Shown here: in pieces, positions 19,280-27,991 of the stretch
Layout: each line of letters begins with the position of its first letter
How positions within the stretch are numbered: position 1 is the first letter of the stretch
Virus record (IMG/VR): IMGVR_UViG_3300012942_000097
Coordinates: 1 to 33,039 of that record
Direction: 5' to 3' (one strand)
Origin: a virus
Taxonomy: Duplodnaviria; Caudoviricetes
DNA length: 33,039 nucleotides
Translations under genes and position numbers: made by a program
The notes under the pieces: generated by a model
The model's input: the letters and a program-made list of their open reading frames with translations, nothing else
What the model was told of the DNA's origin: nothing
Database searches by the model: none

Positions 19280-20074
19280 TTAGTTTCTACCTTGGTAGAA
19301 TGCGTCAACTAGTTTGCGATGCTCAGGATTGTGCGAGTCATACTCAGAACGAATCCAGTCCAACGTAACCTGTGGAGGTGTCGATGGAGTGCCAGTAGTG
19401 GCATGTGCAGTTGGAGCACCAGCTGACAATGACTTATTTATAGATTCCCGTTCCTCTCGGCGACCTTCTTCCTTAGCCGCATCCGAATTACCAGCACCAC
19501 TTTCAAGTCGTGCCATTGCATACAGTGTGTCTAGGTCTTGAGATAACTGATAAGCGTAGTCCTTTCCAAACTTATCTTTTCGGTCATTCAAGATTTGAAC
19601 CATTGTAGGTTCCAGACTTCGGTCTTTGCCTTCACTACCCCAGAATGAATCTGTTTTAGTTTGGTACTCGAAAGCCTGAATACGGGCATTTAGCTTTTGG
19701 ATATCGGTTGCATCATCACCTGGCGTACCAAGTGTTTTGGATACATCCTCAATCTTAGGCTGGTTATGAAAAGAGTCTGCACTTTTCTTCAAAGAGAGAA
19801 GTGTTTTCTTTTCTCGGTCGGACATCTGAGCTATATCTTCATCGGTATAACCTTGTCCTTTTGCGAACTTAGCAAGACTATCATCAGCTTGACTTCCGCT
19901 TTCATTTTGTGTTTGTTCAGCGGTCGTCGCTGCTGTCTCTTGTGTTTGTCCACCTGAGATAGCTTCCTGATTTTGCGATTCCGCCGATGGTTGCTGAACT
20001 GGTTGCGTAGTTACTGTAGACTCTGTAGTAGAGGCAGCTGCACCCTGTCCGCCCTCGGTAAGGGATTCTGACAT
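19280..20074 (-). CDS. capsid scaffolding protein
   Basis: Low-complexity acidic N-terminus, helical core; directly upstream of the capsid; AAGGAG RBS. Confidence 0.75.
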   Translation of the reverse strand: MSESLTEGGQGAAASTTESTVTTQPVQQPSAESQNQEAISGGQTQETAATTAEQTQNESGSQADDSLAKFAKGQGYTDEDIAQMSDREKKTLLSLKKSADSFHNQPKIEDVSKTLGTPGDDATDIQKLNARIQAFEYQTKTDSFWGSEGKDRSLEPTMVQILNDRKDKFGKDYAYQLSQDLDTLYAMARLESGAGNSDAAKEEGRREERESINKSLSAGAPTAHATTGTPSTPPQVTLDWIRSEYDSHNPEHRKLVDAFYQGRN

Positions 20075-20136
20075 CTAGGATACTCCTTGTATTCTATAAA
20101 TAATGTTTTGTTGTATATTGTTTGTATACATACGCT

Positions 20137-20433
20137 TTAAGATAAATATCCTTCCACGTATGTTACTACTATATCACATCCGCGAGCATTTTGCAAGAGG
20201 TTTAAGCACTTTTCGTTCGTTAAAATCAGTTGTTCCCCCTCTTTTAACGGAGATGGCATTACCCCCTCCTTCGCGTAAGTGGTCAACATATCGCTAGTTG
20301 ACTTGGCATATTCCATCCAATCGGCGTATGCCTCGGTTTGAGAGAACTCACGCCATTGGTTAGCAATGAGTTTCTCTCGTTTAGCTAATTCGCTTTTACG
20401 CTTCTTAGCTGCTTCAGTATCTTTGGGTTCCAC
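20137..20433 (-). CDS. small helical protein after portal
   Basis: GTG start, GGAG RBS; position typical of head-assembly accessory genes. Confidence 0.7.
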   Translation of the reverse strand: MEPKDTEAAKKRKSELAKREKLIANQWREFSQTEAYADWMEYAKSTSDMLTTYAKEGVMPSPLKEGEQLILTNEKCLNLLQNARGCDIVVTYVEGYLS

Positions 20434-20435
20434 GA

Positions 20436-22367
20436 TTATCTCCCTGATTTAGGTTTACTACTTGCACTTAGTGTAGTACTAGGTTGGCTCGACGAGGTAC
20501 GGCGGATATTGGCAGAGTTAGAGTCTGCACCACCACCTCCTTGACGACCAGTCTGTGTAGCCCTACCGCGAGCAGTGTCACCCATTGAGCGACCGCCACC
20601 ATTGATTAGAGCCTCACGACCACCAGGAGTTACGACCGCATTACCCTGAGTTAAGGTTGGGTCAACTGCCTGTCCATCACCACCCATCATTGGAGGAGCT
20701 GGAGGTGTAAGTAGGTCATTGATATCATCCTTAGGCATATCTGGGAATAGCGCTTCGTACATCTTACGCAAGAATGCTTGCTGATTAACCAATGGGTTAT
20801 TCAAGCTGAACTGAGCTGCTACCTGCATTGCCTGAGCCATTTGCTGTGCTTCTGCACGAGCTGTAGCTTCTAGTACAACACGAGGTTGGTATTCACCAAT
20901 GTAGTCTTTAGGATTGTAGTCTTTCCACGTAATACCCTCATTACCAACGATACGAACTGCCAGCGTAGTATCAACGAATATACGAATCATCTTGTAAATG
21001 ATGCGAGCAAGTTGCGCGAATCCTTCGTCTTCAAGGTTCTGTACCTTAGTTGTAAATCGAGTGCTAGCCTGGTTAAGCTGTGCCGCGACTTCAGTTGCTG
21101 TAGTACGAGAGAACTTCTGTGCTACACCCTGAACCGCTGCATCTGCTGCCGTGGCTGTACGCATAGTTTGCTGTAAGCGTGTAATCTCACCATCCGCACT
21201 TGGACTAATATCCTGTTTCTCGATAGGCGTAAGAGCACCCTTAGGAATCGGGAAGATAGCGCCAGGCATGGATTCAATCTGTTCTGCCAGATGTTTGAAT
21301 CGTGGGTCAATCTGCCACATGTTATTAAGCGTATATGCTACGTTGTCTCGCTTCTGAGATGCTGTATCATTCATCGCCTCCTGTGTAGGAAGTATAACTT
21401 CTACATCACCGCGAGCAAAGAATAGGTTGCTATCAGTGTAGTTCCTGAGAATCGCGTAAGGCAAAAAGCCCTGGATTTCTGGGACTAGCTTCTTAGTCTT
21501 GATTAGCTTGCCATCCATCATAGCTTCAGTGTCAACCATCTCTTGCTTACGATAGAACGGTGTATCTTCATTAAAGATAACTGTGCCACGGTTAGCAACG
21601 ACAATCTTTTTGCGCTGTGTAAAGTAAACGATTACTTCCACCTGGGACTTCTGAGCATCCTTGCCTAATGTAGAACCTAGGAATGATTCCTTGCGGCTCT
21701 TGTCATCGTCATCAGTCTGTGAACTCTCAGTGACTGCATCGAGATTCTTATACATCGAGACAAGCTCGCCACTATCAGGGTCTACCATCTTAGCCGCTTT
21801 TAGTTGAGCTAGGCTAGTGAGATAACGATGTCCAGCATAGCGAGGATACCCAGGCTCTTCTGGTCGATTCATATGGGTTGCTGTCGGGTCTACAAAGAAA
21901 TCCGATAGCGGAACGTGCTGAATCAGTGGCTGGTTCTTCTCCCAGCTGACACTGAACACTCCGTTACCGTAGATAATCATATCACCTACCCAGTTTAGAA
22001 GTTTCTCTGTCATATTGTTCTGTGCCCAATAGAAGTCTACTAGGGCATTCAAAGTAGTCGTATCTTGGTTCTGCTCTTCTGTGAGCGGTAGATACTTGAA
22101 CTTCGGTTTTGTACCTGCTATAGAAGCCTTGAGGCTCTCCACGATGGAGAATGTTTCAGGTACGAAGTCATCCGCCACGCCGCTATATCCGCGCCTAGTA
22201 CGAATACCATTATATGCTTTGAAACAATCATCCCAAATCTTTTCGTAATTGTCCTTCACGTATTTCCTGGCTAGGTTGAAATCGCCCATCACCGAACCCA
22301 AGAGAGATTTCTCTGGGTCTGTGTCGGACTCATTCACAATCGGCGTATTGTTCTTAGTTTGTGCCAT
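20436..22367 (-). CDS. portal protein (P22-like)
   Basis: IIYGNGV, DFFVDP, TATEV motifs; 643 aa directly after the terminase. Confidence 0.9.
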   Translation of the reverse strand: MAQTKNNTPIVNESDTDPEKSLLGSVMGDFNLARKYVKDNYEKIWDDCFKAYNGIRTRRGYSGVADDFVPETFSIVESLKASIAGTKPKFKYLPLTEEQNQDTTTLNALVDFYWAQNNMTEKLLNWVGDMIIYGNGVFSVSWEKNQPLIQHVPLSDFFVDPTATHMNRPEEPGYPRYAGHRYLTSLAQLKAAKMVDPDSGELVSMYKNLDAVTESSQTDDDDKSRKESFLGSTLGKDAQKSQVEVIVYFTQRKKIVVANRGTVIFNEDTPFYRKQEMVDTEAMMDGKLIKTKKLVPEIQGFLPYAILRNYTDSNLFFARGDVEVILPTQEAMNDTASQKRDNVAYTLNNMWQIDPRFKHLAEQIESMPGAIFPIPKGALTPIEKQDISPSADGEITRLQQTMRTATAADAAVQGVAQKFSRTTATEVAAQLNQASTRFTTKVQNLEDEGFAQLARIIYKMIRIFVDTTLAVRIVGNEGITWKDYNPKDYIGEYQPRVVLEATARAEAQQMAQAMQVAAQFSLNNPLVNQQAFLRKMYEALFPDMPKDDINDLLTPPAPPMMGGDGQAVDPTLTQGNAVVTPGGREALINGGGRSMGDTARGRATQTGRQGGGGADSNSANIRRTSSSQPSTTLSASSKPKSGR

Positions 22368-22368
22368 A

Positions 22369-24123
22369 TTATTTTACCACTTTATGTTTAGTCTTAATTG
22401 ATTTAACGGCTTTTGGTTTATAGACCTCAAGACCTTTTATGTCATTTTCACCCCAGGGGAATAACTGGAATGCGATAGCCTTAGCCATCACAGTATCGTC
22501 ATGCTCTCCCTCTTCAGCATTCATTCTACCACGGTCATCTCTGACGAAGGCGAACGCCTCTTCTACGAAGACACTATCTCGGTCTTCATTAGCTCCCTCT
22601 CGGATAAGTCTAATCAGGTCATCTATAGCAAGTCGCTTAGTACGGACATCTGTCTTCCAACCAAGGTTTGATGTTGGCTCTTCAAAGTCCTCATCATAAC
22701 CACGGTCTCGCTTGTATAGATTAGTGTAGAATGTATCCCTGAGTTTTTGTACAGTAGTCAGTCCATGATTATTGACCTCGACACCGATAAGGGCATAGTT
22801 ATAGAACGTCCCCAGCGCACCGAGTATCTCCCCAAACCTGTCAGGGTCAACGTGCCCGCGCCAACGAGCTACAGTCTTCATCGTGCCAGTATGCACAACC
22901 TCAGCCACAGAGTAGTCTCCGTTAGCCAATCCCTCAGCAACGTCAGCTCCGATGACATATTCCTGCCCTGGAACTGGGTGTTGAAAAATCTTCAAAGGTG
23001 CAACATAGGTGAAGTCCTCTACGTGAGGGTCATACTTCACATGCTCTACTTCATATTCCTCGTGGGCATCGCCAGTAGTAATGTTGTAGTAATCATACTC
23101 ATCAATCTCTGGACATTCATTCTCCATTCTCTCTAGTGCCAAGACATCGAACACTGCGCGACCAGAAGCGATAAATGCTTCCTTAGCTACAGATGGATAC
23201 TCTTGATACATCTTCTCTGGAGTGGCAGCGAAGTCTCGTGACTTGCGTCGGTAGAACTTCAGCTTAGGAATCCACTCAGACTCTGGAACTGTAAACTTCT
23301 CGCCAAAGAATGTAGTATATCCCTTCTTGAATAAATCAAATAGGAACTCTTCATACTCAGACAAGTCGCCAAGCTCTTCATCATCATAGATAGCGTATTC
23401 ATCAATTAGCCACCAGGGGAAGAAGAATGGAATAAAGTTATTCTCTTTCTTCTCGGCAGCACGCCACTCTTTGTGAAAGTAATTCCCTTTACCCTTAGCT
23501 GTACTCTCTAAGAAGATAAAGGTGTTAGGTCGGTCAGGCACTGTCTGCATCAATGATGCTACAAGCTCCTCACCATTTTCCCACTCACCAACCTCTGACG
23601 CGTGGAGAAACTGAACTGTATCAGAACGACCAGCACTGGTGTTCTTAGCAGTAGCAGTCTTGATAACACTATTTAATCCTACCTGTCGCCCAAACTCATC
23701 TTCTCGCTCGAAGCTCAAGTCCGACCTAGTGTTGTATTTTATACTAGGCTTAAAGGCGGTCTTAGAATTATCGTAGTACCTACGGAACATCATATAAAGG
23801 TTCTTCGCAGATTTCTCTTCGTGACCGATAATAACTGTTGTGATGTTTTTATTAGTAGAAGTCCACCAGTATCCGAGTGCCTCTACAGCTGTTGAGAGAC
23901 CCATCTGGCGGGCTTTTAGAATGATAACTCGTATAGGTTTACCATGCTCTATGCACCAAAGCACGTAATCTATTAGTGCTCGCTGGGGCTTATTCGGTAC
24001 AAACGGTACAATCTTGGCATTCTTATCCTTGATGTACAAATTGTTTTTACAGTACCGATAGAAGTCCTTGCGAATATCAAGAATCTTGGCTAACTGCTCC
24101 TTAGTGAGAGCAATCTCGCTCAT
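22369..24123 (-). CDS. terL: terminase large subunit
   Basis: Walker A KARQMGLST, Walker B FLHASE, coupling motif ESTAKG, nuclease IGADVAEG and HDDTVMA. Confidence 0.95.
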   Translation of the reverse strand: MSEIALTKEQLAKILDIRKDFYRYCKNNLYIKDKNAKIVPFVPNKPQRALIDYVLWCIEHGKPIRVIILKARQMGLSTAVEALGYWWTSTNKNITTVIIGHEEKSAKNLYMMFRRYYDNSKTAFKPSIKYNTRSDLSFEREDEFGRQVGLNSVIKTATAKNTSAGRSDTVQFLHASEVGEWENGEELVASLMQTVPDRPNTFIFLESTAKGKGNYFHKEWRAAEKKENNFIPFFFPWWLIDEYAIYDDEELGDLSEYEEFLFDLFKKGYTTFFGEKFTVPESEWIPKLKFYRRKSRDFAATPEKMYQEYPSVAKEAFIASGRAVFDVLALERMENECPEIDEYDYYNITTGDAHEEYEVEHVKYDPHVEDFTYVAPLKIFQHPVPGQEYVIGADVAEGLANGDYSVAEVVHTGTMKTVARWRGHVDPDRFGEILGALGTFYNYALIGVEVNNHGLTTVQKLRDTFYTNLYKRDRGYDEDFEEPTSNLGWKTDVRTKRLAIDDLIRLIREGANEDRDSVFVEEAFAFVRDDRGRMNAEEGEHDDTVMAKAIAFQLFPWGENDIKGLEVYKPKAVKSIKTKHKVVK

Positions 24124-24153
24124 TATTCTTCCTCGTTTTCTTCTCTATACTTT

Positions 24154-24450
24154 CTAATCAGTAGATTTATTAGCCTCGATTTGTTCGGTAGGCTGTCGTA
24201 GAACGCTTTGTTCTCCTCCCAAACGTAAATCTGCCGCTTGTTTTTCTTTGCTTCCATCTATGTGTATACCCTTAAACTTTTCCTTTATTTCATCAACACG
24301 CTCATATACGCGCTGCTTGTAGGCTTTAATAGCCTTATTTTTATCAGCTTTAGAGAGATTTGGATTCTCATCCAGGAGTCTCTTAAACTTCTTGATACCC
24401 ATATCAAAAGGCATCTGCTTTTCACTTGTTTCAATCTCAGCGTCTTTCAC
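24154..24450 (-). CDS. hypothetical protein
   Basis: 98 aa GTG-start ORF between the terminase genes. Confidence 0.65.
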   Translation of the reverse strand: MKDAEIETSEKQMPFDMGIKKFKRLLDENPNLSKADKNKAIKAYKQRVYERVDEIKEKFKGIHIDGSKEKQAADLRLGGEQSVLRQPTEQIEANKSTD

Positions 24451-24494
24451 TCGCTTAATACCCCCATATTGTTAATCGCACCAGAGATGTACTT

Positions 24495-24932
24495 TTATTC
24501 TAGCTCGTTTAGTGCGTCTTCTATAGTTATATGCCCTACGAGCTGTTTTTGTACAAACATGCCCTGGTCTACACCTAACAGTTTTATGGCTGCAATTTTA
24601 TCAGAGTCTTTACTATATTTATTCCCGATAATCTCAGCTAGTGCGTATTTCAAATGCTCTGGATTGAGCCTTACTATATTCTTAGCTTGCTGCACCCACT
24701 GTAACGCCAGGCTCGGAGACATAATGTTCCTTGCATAGCTTTCACTATATCCAGCTTTAATCGCCGACTGATATGAGTTACCCCAAGTATCCTTATTGGA
24801 TGGGTCAAGGTAATACAGTAGCCAATCTTGCTGTCTCTTAGTGGACTGCCATTGGTTAGGTTGAGCATCGACCTTTTTTACGATAGAACGCTTAGTAAAC
24901 TTCCTACCATCTTTCGTCTTAGTTCTTCCCAT
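24495..24932 (-). CDS. terS: terminase small subunit
   Basis: HTH-like GNSYQSAIKAGYSESYA and DKIAAIKLLG...GMF motifs. Confidence 0.85.
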   Translation of the reverse strand: MGRTKTKDGRKFTKRSIVKKVDAQPNQWQSTKRQQDWLLYYLDPSNKDTWGNSYQSAIKAGYSESYARNIMSPSLALQWVQQAKNIVRLNPEHLKYALAEIIGNKYSKDSDKIAAIKLLGVDQGMFVQKQLVGHITIEDALNELE

Positions 24933-24939
24933 ACTATAT

Positions 24940-24968
24940 ACTATAGCACACTATGTGTGATTTGTCAA
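24940..24968 (-). promoter_or_regulatory. sigma70-type promoter of the late operon
   Basis: TTGACA-17-TATAGT with extended TG; only 7 nt between the -10 box and the terS ATG. Confidence 0.75.
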
Positions 24969-25290
24969 TACTTTTTAGCAAAAATGTTGTAGAAATTATC
25001 CCTGACCCCCGTAAAAGAAAAAAGAGAGTACGCCGACAGACAGAGTATCCATACCTTTCAAAAAATTGTGGTGGGTGTAAAATGACCGAGTAGAACTTTT
25101 CCCCACACTGTAACATACGTCGCACCCGTTGGCGTCGCCCCCCATACCCCACCCTATGCTGTTGTAGTATATACATCATTGCAAATATTACAACAAAAAA
25201 ACTCTAAACATTATCATACATTATAATTGACAGCGTGGCAAATGTAGTACATAGCCAAAGTCTGAGTATATCCCCGCGATTCTTGGCACC

Positions 25291-25319
25291 TTGACAGAGG
25301 TAGAGTATTGTGGTGTAGT
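25291..25319 (+). promoter_or_regulatory. possible sigma70 promoter
   Basis: TTGACA-17-TGTAGT (weak -10). Confidence 0.4.
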
Positions 25320-25383
25320 ATCAGTTGCTTATGGTATATAACAGAGGTGAGGAAATAAAGTGTTGTAAAATTGTACAAAGTAC

Positions 25384-25412
25384 TTGCGCCGTGATACTAG
25401 CCGTGCTATTAT
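25384..25412 (+). promoter_or_regulatory. sigma70 promoter upstream of the SAM lyase-like gene
   Basis: TTGCGC-17-TATTAT with extended TG; shares ctagccgtgctat with the promoter at 26428. Confidence 0.6.
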
Positions 25413-25508
25413 GTATACATAACCTAAGCAATACATACAAGCTAGGTAACGCGCACGATAAGCTAAACAGTGCACCATATAATAAACTATAATAGAGGTA
25501 TTACTATT

Positions 25509-25826
25509 ATGCAACTGTATACAATAAATGCAACACCTGAACGATACGATGCAACAGAATCAGAGAATGTCAAGAGACACGCTGGCTATGCTAGATATGT
25601 ATCAGAGGCACTTGACAATTTTGGAATAAGTGGTTTCACTATGGTTGAAGCCGTGGGCTACTGGGAGAATACTAGAGAGAAAAGCTATATTATAACAGTG
25701 GCTAGCGATAATGTCAAGAATGTTGAGCTGGTGTGTGATATGCTACGCTTGCAATACAACCAAGATGCTGTTATGCTAACATATCCTGATAACTCTGTCA
25801 AGTTTATTGATGGTAGTGATAAATAG
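25509..25826 (+). CDS. putative S-adenosylmethionine lyase (T3 SAMase-like anti-restriction protein)
   Basis: ENVKRH...GYWENTREKS...QYNQDAVML follows the T3 SAMase pattern as recalled (N..RH, G.Y/W..EE.S/T, QD.VL); GAGG RBS supports start 25509. Confidence 0.65.
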   Translation: MQLYTINATPERYDATESENVKRHAGYARYVSEALDNFGISGFTMVEAVGYWENTREKSYIITVASDNVKNVELVCDMLRLQYNQDAVMLTYPDNSVKFIDGSDK

Positions 25827-25902
25827 AATTGATAAACATATAAAAACATAAAATTAGCACCTGAGCAAGTGTATAAACTGCTCGGATGGGATAAAACAAA
25901 CA

Positions 25903-26043
25903 ATGTTGATACAGATGATTATATATGTTGTTATAGCTAGTATTGTAGTAAAGTACTACTATAAACTAGACTGGTATACTACTATCAAGTTAGCTATTGG
26001 TATATATGTAGGATGGCTTATACTATGTATTATGTTAGTATAG
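25903..26043 (+). CDS. 46-aa hydrophobic membrane peptide; absent from ORF track
   Basis: MLIQMIIYVVIASIVVKYYYKLDWYTTIKLAIGIYVGWLILCIMLV; weak RBS. Confidence 0.5.
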   Translation: MLIQMIIYVVIASIVVKYYYKLDWYTTIKLAIGIYVGWLILCIMLV

Positions 26044-26104
26044 TATATGGTATATAGTGAAGCATAGCCAAAAACTGCTAGCAAGGCGCGGGCGTTGACA
26101 GAGG

Positions 26105-26133
26105 TTGACACCGTGCTTTTTTGGTGTTATAAT
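26105..26133 (+). promoter_or_regulatory. consensus sigma70 promoter
   Basis: TTGACA-17-TATAAT with extended TG. Confidence 0.85.
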
Positions 26134-26199
26134 ATACTAGTCTGCTTATGGTATAAATTACAACACTTATTATAGCATAAATATTGTGAAAAACAAGGC

Positions 26200-26228
26200 T
26201 TGACGTGGCGGGTATTTTTTGATACAAT
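26200..26228 (+). promoter_or_regulatory. sigma70 promoter
   Basis: TTGACG-17-TACAAT with extended TG. Confidence 0.7.
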
Positions 26229-26284
26229 GGAAGCAAAAGCCTAAAATAGTTGTATATTTTACTACACAATTTTGCTAGATTCTA

Positions 26285-26313
26285 TTGACTTATGTATAGG
26301 CGTGGTGTATTAT
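26285..26313 (+). promoter_or_regulatory. sigma70 promoter
   Basis: TTGACT-17-TATTAT. Confidence 0.7.
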
Positions 26314-26427
26314 AGGAACATAGCACAAGAGCTAGAACGTAAACAACTAGATAGACCGCCGACGCTACTATATAATTATATATCAGAGTAGCGGATACGA
26401 TAAAACAATTTGGCAAAATATCAAGGG

Positions 26428-26456
26428 TTGACTTACGATTCTAGCCGTGCTATACT
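26428..26456 (+). promoter_or_regulatory. sigma70 promoter
   Basis: TTGACT-17-TATACT with extended TG. Confidence 0.75.
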
Positions 26457-26493
26457 GAGAGCATAACAACATAAGCAAAAGGATTATATCAGT

Positions 26494-26643
26494 ATGAATA
26501 TAGCACCAGAGCAATGGCAAGATAAAGAGAGTAAACAGTGTAGAATCTGCGGTGATAACTGTGGTGAAGATATCTGCTATAGTTGTGAAGAGACAGCCGA
26601 GGGTTTTGGACTTGAGCTTGACGATTTAATGGAAATGTTTTAA
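26494..26643 (+). CDS. 49-aa acidic Zn-finger-like protein; absent from ORF track
   Basis: MNIAPEQWQDKESKQCRICGDNCGEDICYSCEETAEGFGLELDDLMEMF, two CxxC; AAAGGA RBS. Confidence 0.75.
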   Translation: MNIAPEQWQDKESKQCRICGDNCGEDICYSCEETAEGFGLELDDLMEMF

Positions 26644-26754
26644 GATATAGGTGATAGAAGAATAGGACTATCTAAGTGCGTCTAGTCTGTATATCAGAAA
26701 CAACGACAGCCTATTATATAATAATATGATAATAATGTAAAGGATTATAACAAT

Positions 26755-27123
26755 ATGCGTGTAACTAATTTAACTAGCCCTAGAACGGGCGCAAAAGTGG
26801 CTAACCAGTTTACTATTGAGGGCGATGGTGGTGAATATTTCCAGAGCTATGATAGTCTGATTGGACACTTGACAACAGGTGAAGATGGTGTGCTAGTAGT
26901 CGGTGAAGATTATAACTATAGCAATACCACAAGTCGGTACTTTAAGCAATGGCTGAAGAGTTGGGGCTTGACAGATAGTGAGTTTATTGCCTTAAAGATA
27001 TGGCTAAAAGACCATAAAGTTGGCGATATTGCAAAAACATTTTATATCGGGCGGTTTGAATATACGGTAGTATATACAGATGATGTAGCACGAGTGGTGA
27101 AAAATGGTGTTGACAACGCCTAA
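26755..27123 (+). CDS. early hypothetical protein
   Basis: AAAGGA RBS; NQF...FQSY.S.I...YS.TT.RY pattern resembling common phage early proteins. Confidence 0.85.
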   Translation: MRVTNLTSPRTGAKVANQFTIEGDGGEYFQSYDSLIGHLTTGEDGVLVVGEDYNYSNTTSRYFKQWLKSWGLTDSEFIALKIWLKDHKVGDIAKTFYIGRFEYTVVYTDDVARVVKNGVDNA

Positions 27124-27138
27124 ACGGTGTGATAGTAT
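27110..27138 (+). promoter_or_regulatory. sigma70 promoter
   Basis: TTGACA-17-TAGTAT with extended TG. Confidence 0.7.
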
Positions 27139-27162
27139 AAGAGAGTAAACGAAAGGGTTGTA

Positions 27163-27471
27163 ATGAAGATTAAAGTAAGTAAAGTAATGGCTAAGTATAT
27201 GAATAAGCAACTACCAGAGTATAGATTTACGGTGATTGAGTTATCAGATGATAATTATCACTACCTAACGGGCGAAGACGTATACACGGCGGAAGACTGG
27301 GGCGATTTTAACTACAATACACGGGCAACTAAGGTGATTAAGATTGAATACCCTGATGAATATTATGCTACGCCACGATACGTGAGTACTAAAGAGTTGA
27401 ATAAGATATTTAAGGGTATTAAGGATATTGAGGTATTTAACAACGAGATACGCAACGCATTTGAGGTGTAA
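27163..27471 (+). CDS. early hypothetical protein
   Basis: 102 aa, own promoter and GAAAGG RBS. Confidence 0.85.
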   Translation: MKIKVSKVMAKYMNKQLPEYRFTVIELSDDNYHYLTGEDVYTAEDWGDFNYNTRATKVIKIEYPDEYYATPRYVSTKELNKIFKGIKDIEVFNNEIRNAFEV

Positions 27472-27490
27472 ATAATACAACAAAACGCCC

Positions 27491-27519
27491 TTGACAATAG
27501 GGTCGGGGCTTGATAGAAT
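27491..27519 (+). promoter_or_regulatory. sigma70 promoter
   Basis: TTGACA-17-TAGAAT with extended TG. Confidence 0.8.
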
Positions 27520-27547
27520 AAGAGTATAATAAGAAAGGATTAAAGAT

Positions 27548-27991
27548 ATGAGCGCACCTAATTTTTACGAAAACGGCAATCACGGGTTGAACGTGATACA
27601 CGATGAAGACGAGATAGGAGATTTTCAAGTATACGATGTACTAGGGCTAATTGTATCAGAGCTAGCAGATATAGGGTATAGCGTGGACGATGTACGCAAC
27701 TGGATTGATACACCACGTAGCTATGAGACGGGTATACAATACGCGGTGTATGAGCCTAACGGTAAACTAGTAGCGGTACTAGAAGTATGTACGGGATACT
27801 ATTCTGGAGCTAATGTCAATATCTATACTGGTGATTTACTGGTGGACGAGCTAGGCGATAAAGAATATTATAACATATCAGTGAATAAAAAGCTATATGG
27901 TAAAGTGGTGGATGTAATAAAGCGATGTACTACAGCATATCACAAAACAGCACAATTCTCGAATGGCGAGGCAATATATGAACTTGCATAG
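27548..27991 (+). CDS. early hypothetical protein
   Basis: 147 aa, GAAAGGA RBS, C-terminal FSNGEAIYE. Confidence 0.85.
   Translation: MSAPNFYENGNHGLNVIHDEDEIGDFQVYDVLGLIVSELADIGYSVDDVRNWIDTPRSYETGIQYAVYEPNGKLVAVLEVCTGYYSGANVNIYTGDLLVDELGDKEYYNISVNKKLYGKVVDVIKRCTTAYHKTAQFSNGEAIYELA

Noticed and set aside
1802-24738. Many plus-strand ORFs antisense to the structural genes (e.g. 1978..2424, 6401..6766, 17381..17854, 24238..24738)
   Set aside because: Shadow frames of long, coupled minus-strand genes; no RBS or recognisable motifs
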